Positions 1 to 10,830 of a stretch of 64,000 nucleotides of DNA are shown one piece after another. Numbering within the stretch: the first letter of the stretch is position 1; each line of letters opens with the position of its first letter. The stretch spans positions 3,348,001-3,412,000 of the forward strand of contig CM060734.1 in the NCBI GenBank assembly GCA_030704615.1, given 5' to 3'. The DNA comes from Takakia lepidozioides. Its lineage: Eukaryota > Plantae > Bryophyta. Under the pieces are notes generated by a model, which saw nothing but the letters and a program-made list of their open reading frames with translations, ran no database searches and was not told the DNA's origin. The translations under genes and the position numbers were made by a program.

Positions 1-1764
1 CGCTCCCAAATTTGGCACGCACATTGCATATGGCTACATCACACGCCCCATTCAAAAACGGAATGAAAAACAAATCGTGAGCACGCGAAAACACAGTCCA
101 ACAGGTCCCAAAGCAATAGCAGCTCCAACAAAATACATTCAACGGGTGAACGGATGGTTGCCCATCCAAATCATTTTTGTTAGCTTCCAAACTTTGCCAG
201 CACGTTCCAGACACCCTCTCACAGGTCCCGGACTAATATCAGATCAATCGAAAATTCATTCGATGGCTCAACGGATGGTTGGCCGTCGAAATGATTTTGG
301 TTCGCTTCGAGACTTGGCCACTATGTTCAATGTGCCATGTAAGAGGCCCCAGAGTAATATGAGATCAATCGAAATTCGTTCAATGGGCCAACGGATGGTT
401 GCCCATCCAAATGATTTCCGTTCGCTTTCAAACCTTGGCCAGTGTGTTCAATGTACACCCTCTGATACGTCCCAGTGTAATACGAGATCAATCGAAAATC
501 GTTCAATTGTCCAATGAGGCGTTCACTTGTCATCTGGTTTTTGTTCAATGCGAAAAAGAAATCCTGCAATGCGTGCAGGCCAATTGCACCCATTGAACGG
601 TCGTGGTTGAAGCCCCTCTTTTGCCCGCACGTGTGCGGAGACACAACAGACGAATAAATCATTTGCCTCCCGCTCCCCCCTCAAGCCATTCCACATTTTT
701 AATTGAATTTAAATCTATTTTAAGCCAATAAATAGGTTTGCACTGCCTTTCAGTGGGGGTTTCTGGCACGTATCGATTTCATTTTTGGCTCAATTTTTGT
801 TCTGCGGCTTCCAGCATCCCACGGCTACTCCCCCGCCAAAATTCGGACCAATCAAAAATGCCCCCCCAAAAAAGGTGTTCTCTTTTTTCGCTCACTATTG
901 CAGAACTCTCTATGAAGAGTGCATGAAGTAGAACGCCAAATCAAGTTTGGAGTGCAAAACAGGGAAGAAACTGTGGTTTTGGGTCCAAATGAATTTTGAT
1001 CGCTCCCAAATTTGGCACGCACATTGCATATGGCTACATCACACGCCCCATTCAAAAACGGAATGAAAAACAAATCGTGAGCACGCGAAAACACAGTCCA
1101 ACAGGTCCCAAAGCAATAGCAGCTCCAACAAAATACATTCAACGGGTGAACGGATGGTTGCCCATCCAAATCATTTTTGTTAGCTTCCAAACTTTGCCAG
1201 CACGTTCCAGACACCCTCTCACAGGTCCCGGACTAATATCAGATCAATCGAAAATTCATTCGATGGCTCAACGGATGGTTGGCCGTCGAAATGATTTTGG
1301 TTCGCTTCGAGACTTGGCCACTATGTTCAATGTGCCATGTAAGAGGCCCCAGAGTAATATGAGATCAATCGAAATTCGTTCAATGGGCCAACGGATGGTT
1401 GCCCATCCAAATGATTTCCGTTCGCTTTCAAACCTTGGCCAGTGTGTTCAATGTACACCCTCTGATACGTCCCAGTGTAATACGAGATCAATCGAAAATT
1501 GTTCCATTGTCAAATGAGGCGTTCACTTGTCATCTGGTTTTTGTTCAATGCGAAAAAGAAATCCTGCAATGCGTGCAGGCCAATTGCACCCATTGAACGG
1601 TCGTGGTTGAAGCCCCTCTTTTGCCCGCACGTGTGCGGAGACACAACAGACGAATAAATCATTTGCCTCCCCATCGACGCGCTCCCCCCTCATGCCATTC
1701 CACATTTTTAATTGAATTTAAATCTATTTTAAGCCAATAAATAGGTTTGCACTGCCTTTCAGTG
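1..1764 (+). repeat. Tandem repeat with ~1000-bp unit (1-1000, then a partial second unit 1001-~1764) and internal ~120-bp subrepeats
   Basis: cgctcccaaatttggcacgc occurs at 1 and 1001 and the copies are near-identical, with small differences near 500/1500 and 670/1670. The subrepeat caacggatggttgcccatccaaatgattt recurs within each unit. Confidence 0.9.
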
Positions 1765-1822
1765 AGGCAAAGTGGCTCTTAGTTAGGCCGACCCGGCCGG
1801 CGTCATCTCTCTCTTTCTCTAG
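1761..1822 (+). mobile_element. Putative element terminus (hairpins followed by a CT-rich tract); an inverted copy lies at ~52850-52947
   Basis: gtgaggcaaagtggctcttagttaggccgacccggccgg..ctctctctttctctag matches the reverse complement of 52850-52947 (gtgaggcaaagtgcctcttagttacgccagcttcggccggagtc..(ct)n). Confidence 0.45.
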
Positions 1823-2104
1823 AAAAAATGTGATAAAACAAGTTGCTAACACTTTGAACTACTTCTGTGTATATATACAAGTGCAGAGGAGTCGTCATGT
1901 ACAATCAGACAAAAGATAAACAACGACCCATTAACAGCTGTCAGCCAGTTATGGACGCCGCAAAACTATTAAATGCGTACGTGGGAGAATAATGACGATA
2001 ATAATGAGAAGTGAGTCAATCAGATCTCGAAAATACACCAATGAGTCACTCCAGCCGAAAAAATAGTGTACAACCATACCCTGCTAGAAATTTGGAGGAT
2101 GTGC

Positions 2105-2567
2105 ACCTCCGTCGGACGGAGGTTCATCTTAACGATCTTCAATGTACCAACACAGAGGTATGACAATAATTGGTCAAGGTTTTGAAATGGAGTGGACCTC
2201 CGTCGGACGGAGGTTCGTCCGAACGATGTTAAATGTATCAACACAAACGCATGACCATATTCTGTCCAAATTTTGAGAAGGGAGTGCACCTCCGTCTGAC
2301 GGAGGTGAGTCTGAATGATCTTTGATTTAACACAACATCTGAATGACCTTATCGTGTTCGAATTTGTAGGAGGGATTCCACCTCCGTTGGACGGAGGTTC
2401 ATCTGCATGATCTACAATGTGCCACAATGTTTAATATATAGGAGGGTGTACACCTCAGTCCGACGGAGGTACATCTGAATCGTCAATGTACCAAAGGAAT
2501 TGCAGACAAAAATTGCCGCGCCAACGAACATTTGAGAGGAGGGCGTGCACCTCCGTTGAACGAAGGT
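2105..2567. repeat. Array of six ACCTCCGTC-N-GACGGAGGT palindromes, mostly ~92 bp apart
   Basis: Copies start at ~2105, 2196, 2288, 2380, 2452 and 2549; the intervening sequence is much more diverged than the motif. Confidence 0.8.
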
Positions 2568-3387
2568 GTCATATAAATTGGTGTTGGGATACTTTTCATG
2601 AAATCTTATCCTAATCTTGGGTCCCGGGAGAAGTGTAACTTCCGATCCTGATCCATAGTCTTATCGGGTTAAATAAACACCTGTATGATTATCGAGAGGG
2701 AATAGTCGGACCGGGTATCCGACGCCTCGGTGGGGTAAAATTGGGGTGTCGTCGGTATAGACTGGGTATTGGTTGGCGTATAAATGGGGTATACTTGGTT
2801 GGGTATATACGGGAAATAAACGGGATACAAACGGGGGTATATTCTGAGCCACGGTAAAATGCGTGTAGAGACTTTGTGGGCTCCAATAATTAAACCTGTA
2901 ATATTGTGTAAAGTTCACCATAGTTCAACAAAATTTAATCCTCGGCTCAATATTTGAGATTATTCCGGCGCAAGATGGGCGTGTCAACTTAAAATATCCC
3001 AGGAATATACTCCGGCATGTATTTAATGATTCGTGGTGATGGTGTAGGTGAAAATGTTTATCTACGAATCGCCTATGCTAGTGACATTTGTGGTTCGTGA
3101 CCTTCCGTAAGAAAATGTAGGTCACCTGGTGCTTATATATAAGTGTCACACCTCACGTGTCACCTATTCATGTTTCTCCTATCTCTTGCGTTCTTTCTCT
3201 TCATCTTCCTCTTTGACTTTCACTACCCTATCTCCTCTCTCCTATCTATCGCGTTTCTATCACTTCCTCTCCCTCTTTGACTTTCTCTATCCTCCTCTCC
3301 CTGATATACTTCCATCTTGGCTATGGGGGGGAGACATCCTCGTCACCTGTAGTTAGAGGAGAGTCCCCTTTGCAGTTACTGAAAGTT

Positions 3388-4005
3388 ATGAGAACCAAGA
3401 CAAACTTGGAGACAGACAGGGCGAAACTTCGGGATGGACTTCACAAAATCCAGGAGGAGGTGGAGAGGTTTGTTGATCCTTGGAGCATTCTGGAGTCTGA
3501 AGACAACATCATATAGCTCATGGAAGACTACGAAATTTTCGATTCGCATCTTGAAACTATTGCCGATGTTCTGCATGGGTTGGAGAGACAAGTATGGGAG
3601 GGAGAAAATAACATTGTTGCGCAGGTGGGAGCTCCGGAGAGAGAATTTCTTGCCTACGAAGACGAGATCATATTGCAGTACACTGCAAAGTTGAGGATTT
3701 GCGACGCTCGGGTAACCGCATTGACCATTCAAGCTAAAGAGCACGATCGAAGGGCAGTGGTTGCTGAGCTGAATCGGGAGAGGGTGGACTTCTCTGGAAA
3801 TATCGACGATGAGCGGACTAGGGCCCAGGAGGAGAAGACAATAGCTAAAGAGTTGAGGGTTTCTGCATTGAGACTCCGTTTCTCGGCATTAGGGAGATGG
3901 AGGGTAGAAATTTCCAAAAAGAGAGAAGCCATTAGACTTATAGAGCAGAGCTCTTGGGGACATAACATCAGGACTGTACTGCCATGTTGTGGCAGTTGTG
4001 TATAG
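3388..4005 (+). pseudogene. Predicted coiled-coil protein of unknown function with one in-frame stop (3514-3516)
   Basis: MRTKTNLE..EDNII*LMEDYEIFDSHLETIADVLHGLERQVWEGENNIVAQV.. reads in one frame, is rich in E/R/L, and is homologous to the minus-strand ORF 5835-6221. A TATATAA box lies upstream at ~3136. Confidence 0.5.
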
Positions 4006-4319
4006 GTTGAAAACTGTGCGAAGGGTGTGGGAAGACTTGTCGTAATGTCGTAACTTGGAATGCAAATCATGTTATTGTCACTTGTGTCTCCATGACAATG
4101 ATTATCTCTGTTGTTCTACCAAAATCAATGTAGTCTTGCCACAATATTTGATTGTGAGCACTCCTCAGAGAGAACAATCGCACACATTTGAGTATGAATA
4201 TTCAATGGATTTTCAAAAAAAAGTGATGAATATTTTCAGGAACATCAATGGCCAATTAAATGACAAGTTGATTAAACTTTGCCACCAGATTCCACAGTGA
4301 ATAGCAGCCGAGAACCCGT

Positions 4320-4975
4320 TGCACCTTTGGCCAACGTAGGTCTCAAGAAATCCCTCAGGAGACATCAATATTGAAAATTGGGTCGATCGAATGTGAACAA
4401 ACATCTCAGGAATACTCGCACACTATGTACCCCAAATTCATTTTGGTAGTCAAAACTTTTGCAAGAGCCAATCAGTGGGGCCGCGGAAGGCTTGGAGAGG
4501 AGGGAAATGCCTCGACAGGTTGAATATATCGTCATCACTGTAGACAGCTGTACCTGTTGTTCTTATAATGGGGCGGTGGGCCCAAGATATGCGTGGACCC
4601 CATTGGATAGTAGACATTTGGAACCTGACCAATCATCCAATTAAAATACGTGTTTCTATCGTCTTTCTATGGTTGGTGGAGTCGGTGCAGGCTATGTTTG
4701 CAGGATTTTTAGCTATAATGATGATGTGGCTTGCACCTCTGTCAAATGTAGGTTCCCAAGTTTCTACCGTGTCATAGCTTAGTGGGGTCGGTGCAGCTAT
4801 CTTTGCAGCATTTTTATGCTTTAATGATGATGTGGCTTGCACCTCCGTCAAACGTAGGTTCCCCAGTTTCTATCGTGTTTCTATGCTTAGTGGAGTCAGT
4901 GCAGACTATGTTTGCAGCTTTTTCATGCTTTAATGATGATGTGGCTTGAACCTCCGACAAACGTAGGTTCCCCAG
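4320..4975. repeat. Repeats of ttgcacctccgtcaaacgtaggttccc (~110-bp tandem units at 4680-4975), related to the 2105-2567 motif
   Basis: Motif visible at ~4320, 4731, 4838 and 4947. Confidence 0.65.
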
Positions 4976-5834
4976 GGTGGTTCAATACGCGTATAAACTA
5001 TTTCTAATGATATCTGCAAACAGGGCCCCCTTCGATAATAAACATTTGGAACCTGAAACATCATCCAAGTAAGTATCGTGTTTCAATGCAAAAAATAAGC
5101 CCCCCAAGTTTGGGTGGCCCAGTTGATTTTTTTTTTTAAAGAACAGGTATTGCCCTGATTAATTTTATTCGTGAATTATTGGGGGAAAAAAAATTAAAAC
5201 CCCGATCAAGCCATAAGGCACACACACTGTAATCAGTGTAATAAGAGCCATGCATCCAACAAGTTGGATTATGATCTGGGACAGATCCCAAGAGAGAAAA
5301 ACCACTTAAATGTAGCAGGCCTATTCCGATTGCTGGTCCTTAAACGAATGGACCCTTTGACCCTATACTGGTAGTCTCACAAATCAGAGGACTCAGATTT
5401 TGCCCATTGACCTTACCCGAAGTAGAATGATTTAAGAGTAATTAAGTCTAGAGGCCTTGGAAGAGGTCTTAGGTGTTCCCACTCTAAATGGATTATTCAA
5501 GGAGGATAATTCTAGTAAACAATTTTAAGTTGACATTCTTTGTATTTCATTAAACAATAAAACATGAAGAACGGTTCAGCTCATGCACATATACAACCCA
5601 AAAATAAAAAATAACAAGGACCCAAGTGTCTGCAATGACACAAGCACTCCATAGAACTATGCACAGCTGCTGTTTGTTGCCACTACTGCGATACTGCTAT
5701 GTCCCATGAACTAGCATCAACCAAACGAATGAGATTGTTTTTTTGTAAAACCACAGCCGTGCACCCAAGTAGTGCAACCGTATTAAGTCTCAGTGAAGCC
5801 ACCCTGTGCTCTTTCGAAATGAATGGCCCGGCGC

Positions 5835-6221
5835 TCATGCTCTACTGCAGCCCTCGACCCTGCTCTGACCCTCCGTGTGCAGACGTCTGTTCTCAGCTCT
5901 AAAGTGCATGATTAGGTCCTTTTGGTATGCAATGAAGTTCATCTCACAAGGACTGACTTGAGCAGCACGGCTATTCTCTTGCTCCCAAATCTGCTTGTCC
6001 AAGTCGTGCAGTTGGACGCATAGACCCTCAACGTCCACCACAAGATTCTCGTAATCGTACAAGAGGTGGATCAACTCCCCGTAAGAGCCGTCATAAAAAC
6101 AAGGCCGAGTCTTTTTAAGCAGATACAAGTCTGGAGTGGTATTCCAGGGTCTTAAGAACAGCTCTGCCAGGGTAGAAAGGTAATTCAAAAACCCTGTTTG
6201 TAGTCCATCATATGAAATCAA
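5835..6221 (-). CDS. Diverged paralog of the 3388-4005 coiled-coil protein, probably a fragment
   Basis: LLYDYENLVVDVEGLCVQLHDLDKQIWEQENSRAAQVSPCEMNFIAYQKDLIMHFRAENR aligns without gaps to LMEDYEIFDSHLETIADVLHGLERQVWEGENNIVAQVGAPEREFLAYEDEIILQYTAKLR. Confidence 0.45.
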   Translation of the reverse strand: MISYDGLQTGFLNYLSTLAELFLRPWNTTPDLYLLKKTRPCFYDGSYGELIHLLYDYENLVVDVEGLCVQLHDLDKQIWEQENSRAAQVSPCEMNFIAYQKDLIMHFRAENRRLHTEGQSRVEGCSRA

Positions 6222-6399
6222 AGTGAAATGAAGGTCTTGTAGAATGTGTGTTGTCTAGTAAGGCACAACAGTCCGTCTTAATAACCAGCCAAGAGGTTTC
6301 ATTGTAGAGCCGAATTTCAGTGCAGCCAAGGTACCGACTGCTACATTATACCCGCATTGAAACATGAAAAAAACAGTAGATAAATCGGTAGATTTGTAT

Positions 6400-9300
6400 T
6401 CCATGAGTTCTCATGTTTGCCCTACCTTCTGCCATGTAGATATGGTTGCAAGAAACCACAAACAAGGTAAGGAGCAGAAGTAGATCCTCATTGGAGCCAA
6501 GTTGAAGCAGGTCTGCATCCGTATGCTGGCAGTTTTGAAACAGCAAGAGGCTCAGCAGCAGGCAACAGCAGCACCCACATTTACAAGAATAGGAACTGCA
6601 AGCTTCAAGAAATCAAGACAAGTGAAGACCCTCACCTGTGCCCGTCCCAAAAACCACCACATAAAGATGTGTGTCAGTGAGGATGCATCAGGTGAGTGGC
6701 AAGTCTTCACAGTTGCTATCCATGTCAGTGTTGAATTCTAAAGCATGTACAGATCACAATTCAAGCAAGGGTAAACTCAAAAAACCTTGAGTGTTTGTGG
6801 TATGCCCTGCGCCATGGCGTCCAACAGATCGTCTCCAACAGAACGCAATCAAAGTAGAAGTGTTCACAGATAGAGAATAGCTCATACAAAAAGAGAGCCA
6901 CGTGTAATCTGTAGATAAATAGGGATAGAGTACTTCCCAACGAGGAATAAAAGCGCCGCTGCAAATTAAAAAGAACCATGAGGGTCTGAGCAAAGCGATC
7001 ATCGCTTTGTCGCCTGCTAGAGAGGAATCTGCCTAACCGCCAATGCGCATCCCAAGAGCCAACCATCACGAGTACCATGTAGCAGCAGGGGAGCAGATTT
7101 ACACGACGCATCATCAAGGATCCCTGAAGCACGAGTTCTGTGCTGTGAAATGTGTTGGCCCGCTTAAGGCACAGCTCCTCGATTTCTCATCTAGGGTGGA
7201 CGAAAAGTCGCATTTTAGCACGAGATGCACTTTGTCAATGGATGACATCCAATAAAAAGGTATCTTTTAGGGTTAGGGTATAGGCTCAAGTTTAATAACT
7301 GCCATCATTTATAATAAATGATGGTAAAATTACTATCTCTTGGATTAAAATAGGTCACCATTATTCATGTAGTTCATCCACTTTAGATGAAAGAAACAAA
7401 TGGTAAACCAAGCTTTCTGTACATTAAGTTTCATCATCCTACAATAATATCAGCCAAATTTGGATGAAAAAAGATTGGGATGAAAAACCAAATAACCAGC
7501 CTCAAAAAGGCTAAGGCCAGATGAAATCCAAAGAGTTATAGAGGGAAAGGGAGAGAGGGAGAGAGAGAGGGAGAGATCAGGAAAGGTGGGAGGGTGATCG
7601 AGCAGGTGCTGCTCAGTCACTCTCACCCCCACTTTTTTTTTTTTTTTTTTTTTTTTTCCCCTTGCGCCTCTCTCCCTCTCTCTTTCCCTCTCTCTCCTCT
7701 CTGATTTTTGTTTTTTTGTGGGGAGTGACAAAAGAGAGGGAAGATATACATGTCATGTCAAGACATGGACAAGACCGCTAAGGTCATTGTCATTGAAAGA
7801 CAAAACAGCCCTTTACAGGGCACCATCTAACATTCTTTTTCATGTTTACAATCTCATTTGAATACCTAATTACATTTCAGGGTCTCTGAAAAAACAGGGC
7901 GGGAGGGTGGGATTCCAGGTCATTCATATCATGAAAGCACCATAGTACACATCATCATCTCAAGAATCCATTTTAAACTCATTTCAAAAACCAGATTGCA
8001 GGTTTGGTTTGAAGATGATGTTTTAGAACCAAGATATAAGCAAGATTCTTAAAAAGGAAGAAGAAACAACAGTGTAGAGCCCCCTTAAGCAGGTATAGGC
8101 CTAGAATGGTATTTTAAGGCCACATAAAGTAGTTCTGCCAAGGTGAAAGAGCAGCTCAGAAACCCCAGTTTGTTATCAAGCCATGAAACCAAAATGATAT
8201 GAGGGCCTTGAAGAATGTGTGTTATCTATCAAAGCCTATCCTTTTGATCCATCAGAGTCATATCAAGAGTTCTCATTTCAGAGCCAAGTATCAAGGCAGT
8301 CAAAGTAATAACTGCTATTTTGTATCCTTGTATCCTTCATAGCTAAACTCCTACACATGCAAATGTGGTTGTAAAAAACCGTAAACAGGGGTAAGGAGAG
8401 AAGCAGATCCTCATTGGAGCAATCTTGGAGCAGGTCTGAAGCGGCATGGTGGCAGTTTGAAACAGCAGATGGCATCAGCAGCTTAGGCAGCAGCAATATC
8501 TACACTTGCAAGAACAGGAACTGCAAGCTTCAAGAAATCAAGACAAGTGAAGACCCTCACCTGTGCCCGTCCCAAAAACCACCACATAGCGATGTGTGTT
8601 AGTGAGGATGCAGCAGGTAAGTGGCAGGTCTTCACAGTTGTTATCCATGTCAGTGTTGAATTCTAAAGCAAGTACAGATCACAATTCAAGCAATGGTAAA
8701 CTCAAAAAACCTTGAGTGTTTGTGGTATGCCCTGCGCCATGGCGTCCAACAGATTGTCTCCAACAGAACGCAATCAGAGTAGAAGCGTTCACGGCTAGAG
8801 AGTGGCTCATACACGAAGAGAGAGCAACAAGTAATCTGTAGATAAATAGGGATAGAGTACTTCCCAACAAGGAGTAAAAGCGCCGCTGCAAAATAAAGAA
8901 CCATGAGTTCATGATCAGAGCAATCACGGCTTTGTCGTCTGCCATAGAAGAATCTGTTTAACCACCACTGCGCATCCCAAGAGCCAACAATCACGAGTAC
9001 CATGTAGCAGCAGGGGAGCAGGTTTATACGGCGCATCATCAAGGTTCACTGAAGCACGAGTTCAGTGCTTGAAGTGTGTTGACCTGCTTAGGGCAAAACT
9101 TCCCGATTTTTCATCCAGGATGGATGAAATATCACATTTTACCAAGATAGGCATTTTGTCACTGGATGACATCCCATAGAAATGTATCTTTTAGGGTTAT
9201 GGTATAGGTTTAGGTTTAATAACTGCCATCATTTATGATGGTAGTTTTATTATTCTCTTGGATTTTATAATAGGTAACCATTATTTATGTAGATCATCCA

Positions 9301-9490
9301 GTTTAGATGAAAAAAATAGATGGTAACTCTAGCTTTCTGTATATTAAGTTTCATCATCCAATAAAATAAAATCATCCAGATTTGGATGAAAAAGGCAGGG
9401 ATGAAAAACTAAATAACCTCAAAAGGTTAAGGCCAGATGAAATCCAAAGATTTATAGAGGGAGAGGGAGAGAGGGAGAGAGAGGGACCCA
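6400..9490. repeat. Direct duplication of ~1.15 kb (6400-7570 and 8330-9490, offset ~1.92 kb) of an unclassified repeat
   Basis: Shared blocks such as gaactgcaagcttcaagaaatcaagacaagtgaagaccctcacctgtgcccgtcccaaaaaccaccac at ~6593 and ~8518; paralogous ORFs 6761-7132 and 8686-9042. The segment 7740-7940 is also homologous to ~23080-23300. Confidence 0.8.
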
Positions 9491-9768
9491 CCAGCCAATC
9501 CCCTGGCATGGCAGAACCTTACGGAGTAAGTGTGGTATGCACTCACCCCGTAAGGGAGTGCATACCAGACCTCTTCTCATAAGGTTTTCCCTCTTCCATG
9601 TAGTTCTATCCTCGGATAATATTTATCCAAAGGAGTAGAATCCTACATCCTCACTTCCTCGGATCAAGAATGAAATGATGGCATAAAATGTATCATAGCA
9701 ACACTAGTATAGTATCACTTAGAAAAGAACGTAGAGTTCAATGATATAACATAGCTCTGTATAGGTTT

Positions 9769-10830
9769 TTAGAAAGTACCTTTCAGTTTCTCAATAAGCT
9801 CTTGTACAGGGAAGAGCAGGCCAGGGAATGAACCACGTTCAAGGAATTTTGTCAAGATACGAGCAAGTTTTCTGGTCTTGAAACCATTCCTCCCAAGAGT
9901 GTTAATCAGAATGCTACACTCCTTCCCAGCCAGATCAGCATTGCTGGAAATGTATAGAATAGGCACAGCTTGTGAAATCACAATGTTGTAAGATTGATTC
10001 ACAGGCCTATTGGATAAGAACTGGATATATTGAGTGTAAGAGAAAGGAAGTAGTCTTCTCTGGTCATATTTTTGGAAATGGAACTCACCTGTGTCACAGT
10101 TTGAGACTGTAATCTGGATATTCATGAAACAAGCTTCCACCCCACGTATTGGGAATCGGTTTTAGTGCGTAGTAGCTCAGGTTTGATCTCCACTACATTG
10201 AGTGGGTAGATCCACCAAGGGTTGTTGCTGCTTCTGTCTGCCCGTGGGTCCAGGAATAGCATTGCATCACCCACATTTAGCCAGCATATATCATCAATGT
10301 ATCTGAAGGCAGATTTAAACATAGGCATAAGCTGGAATTGTCCTAAAGCTGCAAGCCTTAAGATGAATTTGATTTCATAAGAAAGGAAGTACATGTTGCA
10401 CCATAATGGTGAGCATGAAAAACCCATAGGTATTCCAGAAATCTGCTGCCATACACGGTCCCCTAAGGCGACAAAACAGTGTGACATAAGCCATTTGTGG
10501 AGCATAAGTAGTTTGACTTCAGAAGTTCAATCCAGGTACCTGATTTTGGGGAAGACGTGCCCCATCTACTTTTTCCGAAAGTACCGTTTTTGGCTGGAAT
10601 CCATAGAGTATGACGTGCTCGGGGGTGAGACCGATGGTGTTGCTGGAATGCAATCTTCACCACGTATTCAATGGCGTCCCCTAAGTTATCCTGTCCTGTC
10701 AAAGGTATGTTCTCATAGCATTGTGTAATGTCAGCAACAAAGATGTTATGGACTTTTTCAGGCAGGTTTAGTGTAAAGTCAGTGATGGAATCAATAATCC
10801 AATACATAGCAGTAGATACTTTGAAAAATT
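9769..10830 (-). mobile_element. 5'-truncated, frameshifted Penelope-like element reverse transcriptase (Chlamys/Naiad-type, no C-terminal endonuclease)
   Basis: Motifs YWIIDS, VADITQCYENIP (motif A), QQISGIPMGFSCSPLWCNMYFLSYE (B'), FRYIDDI (C) and thumb YDQRRLLPF..FLSNRPVNQSYNIVISQ. The ORF stops right after the thumb. Confidence 0.75.

Noticed and set aside
77-1596. Duplicated 146/173-aa ORFs, and the exact 1000-bp period as a possible assembly artifact
   Set aside because: The ORFs lie in a satellite-like repeat with no recognisable domain. The two units differ by substitutions and an indel, so the duplication looks real and the round period coincidental.
7264-7282. Telomere-like tttagggttagggt (also ~9190)
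   Set aside because: Only about two degenerate units; too short to call an interstitial telomere.
9300-9768. Hammerhead ribozyme expected near the PLE 3' end
   Set aside because: No CTGATGA..GAAA core with supporting stems was found by eye.
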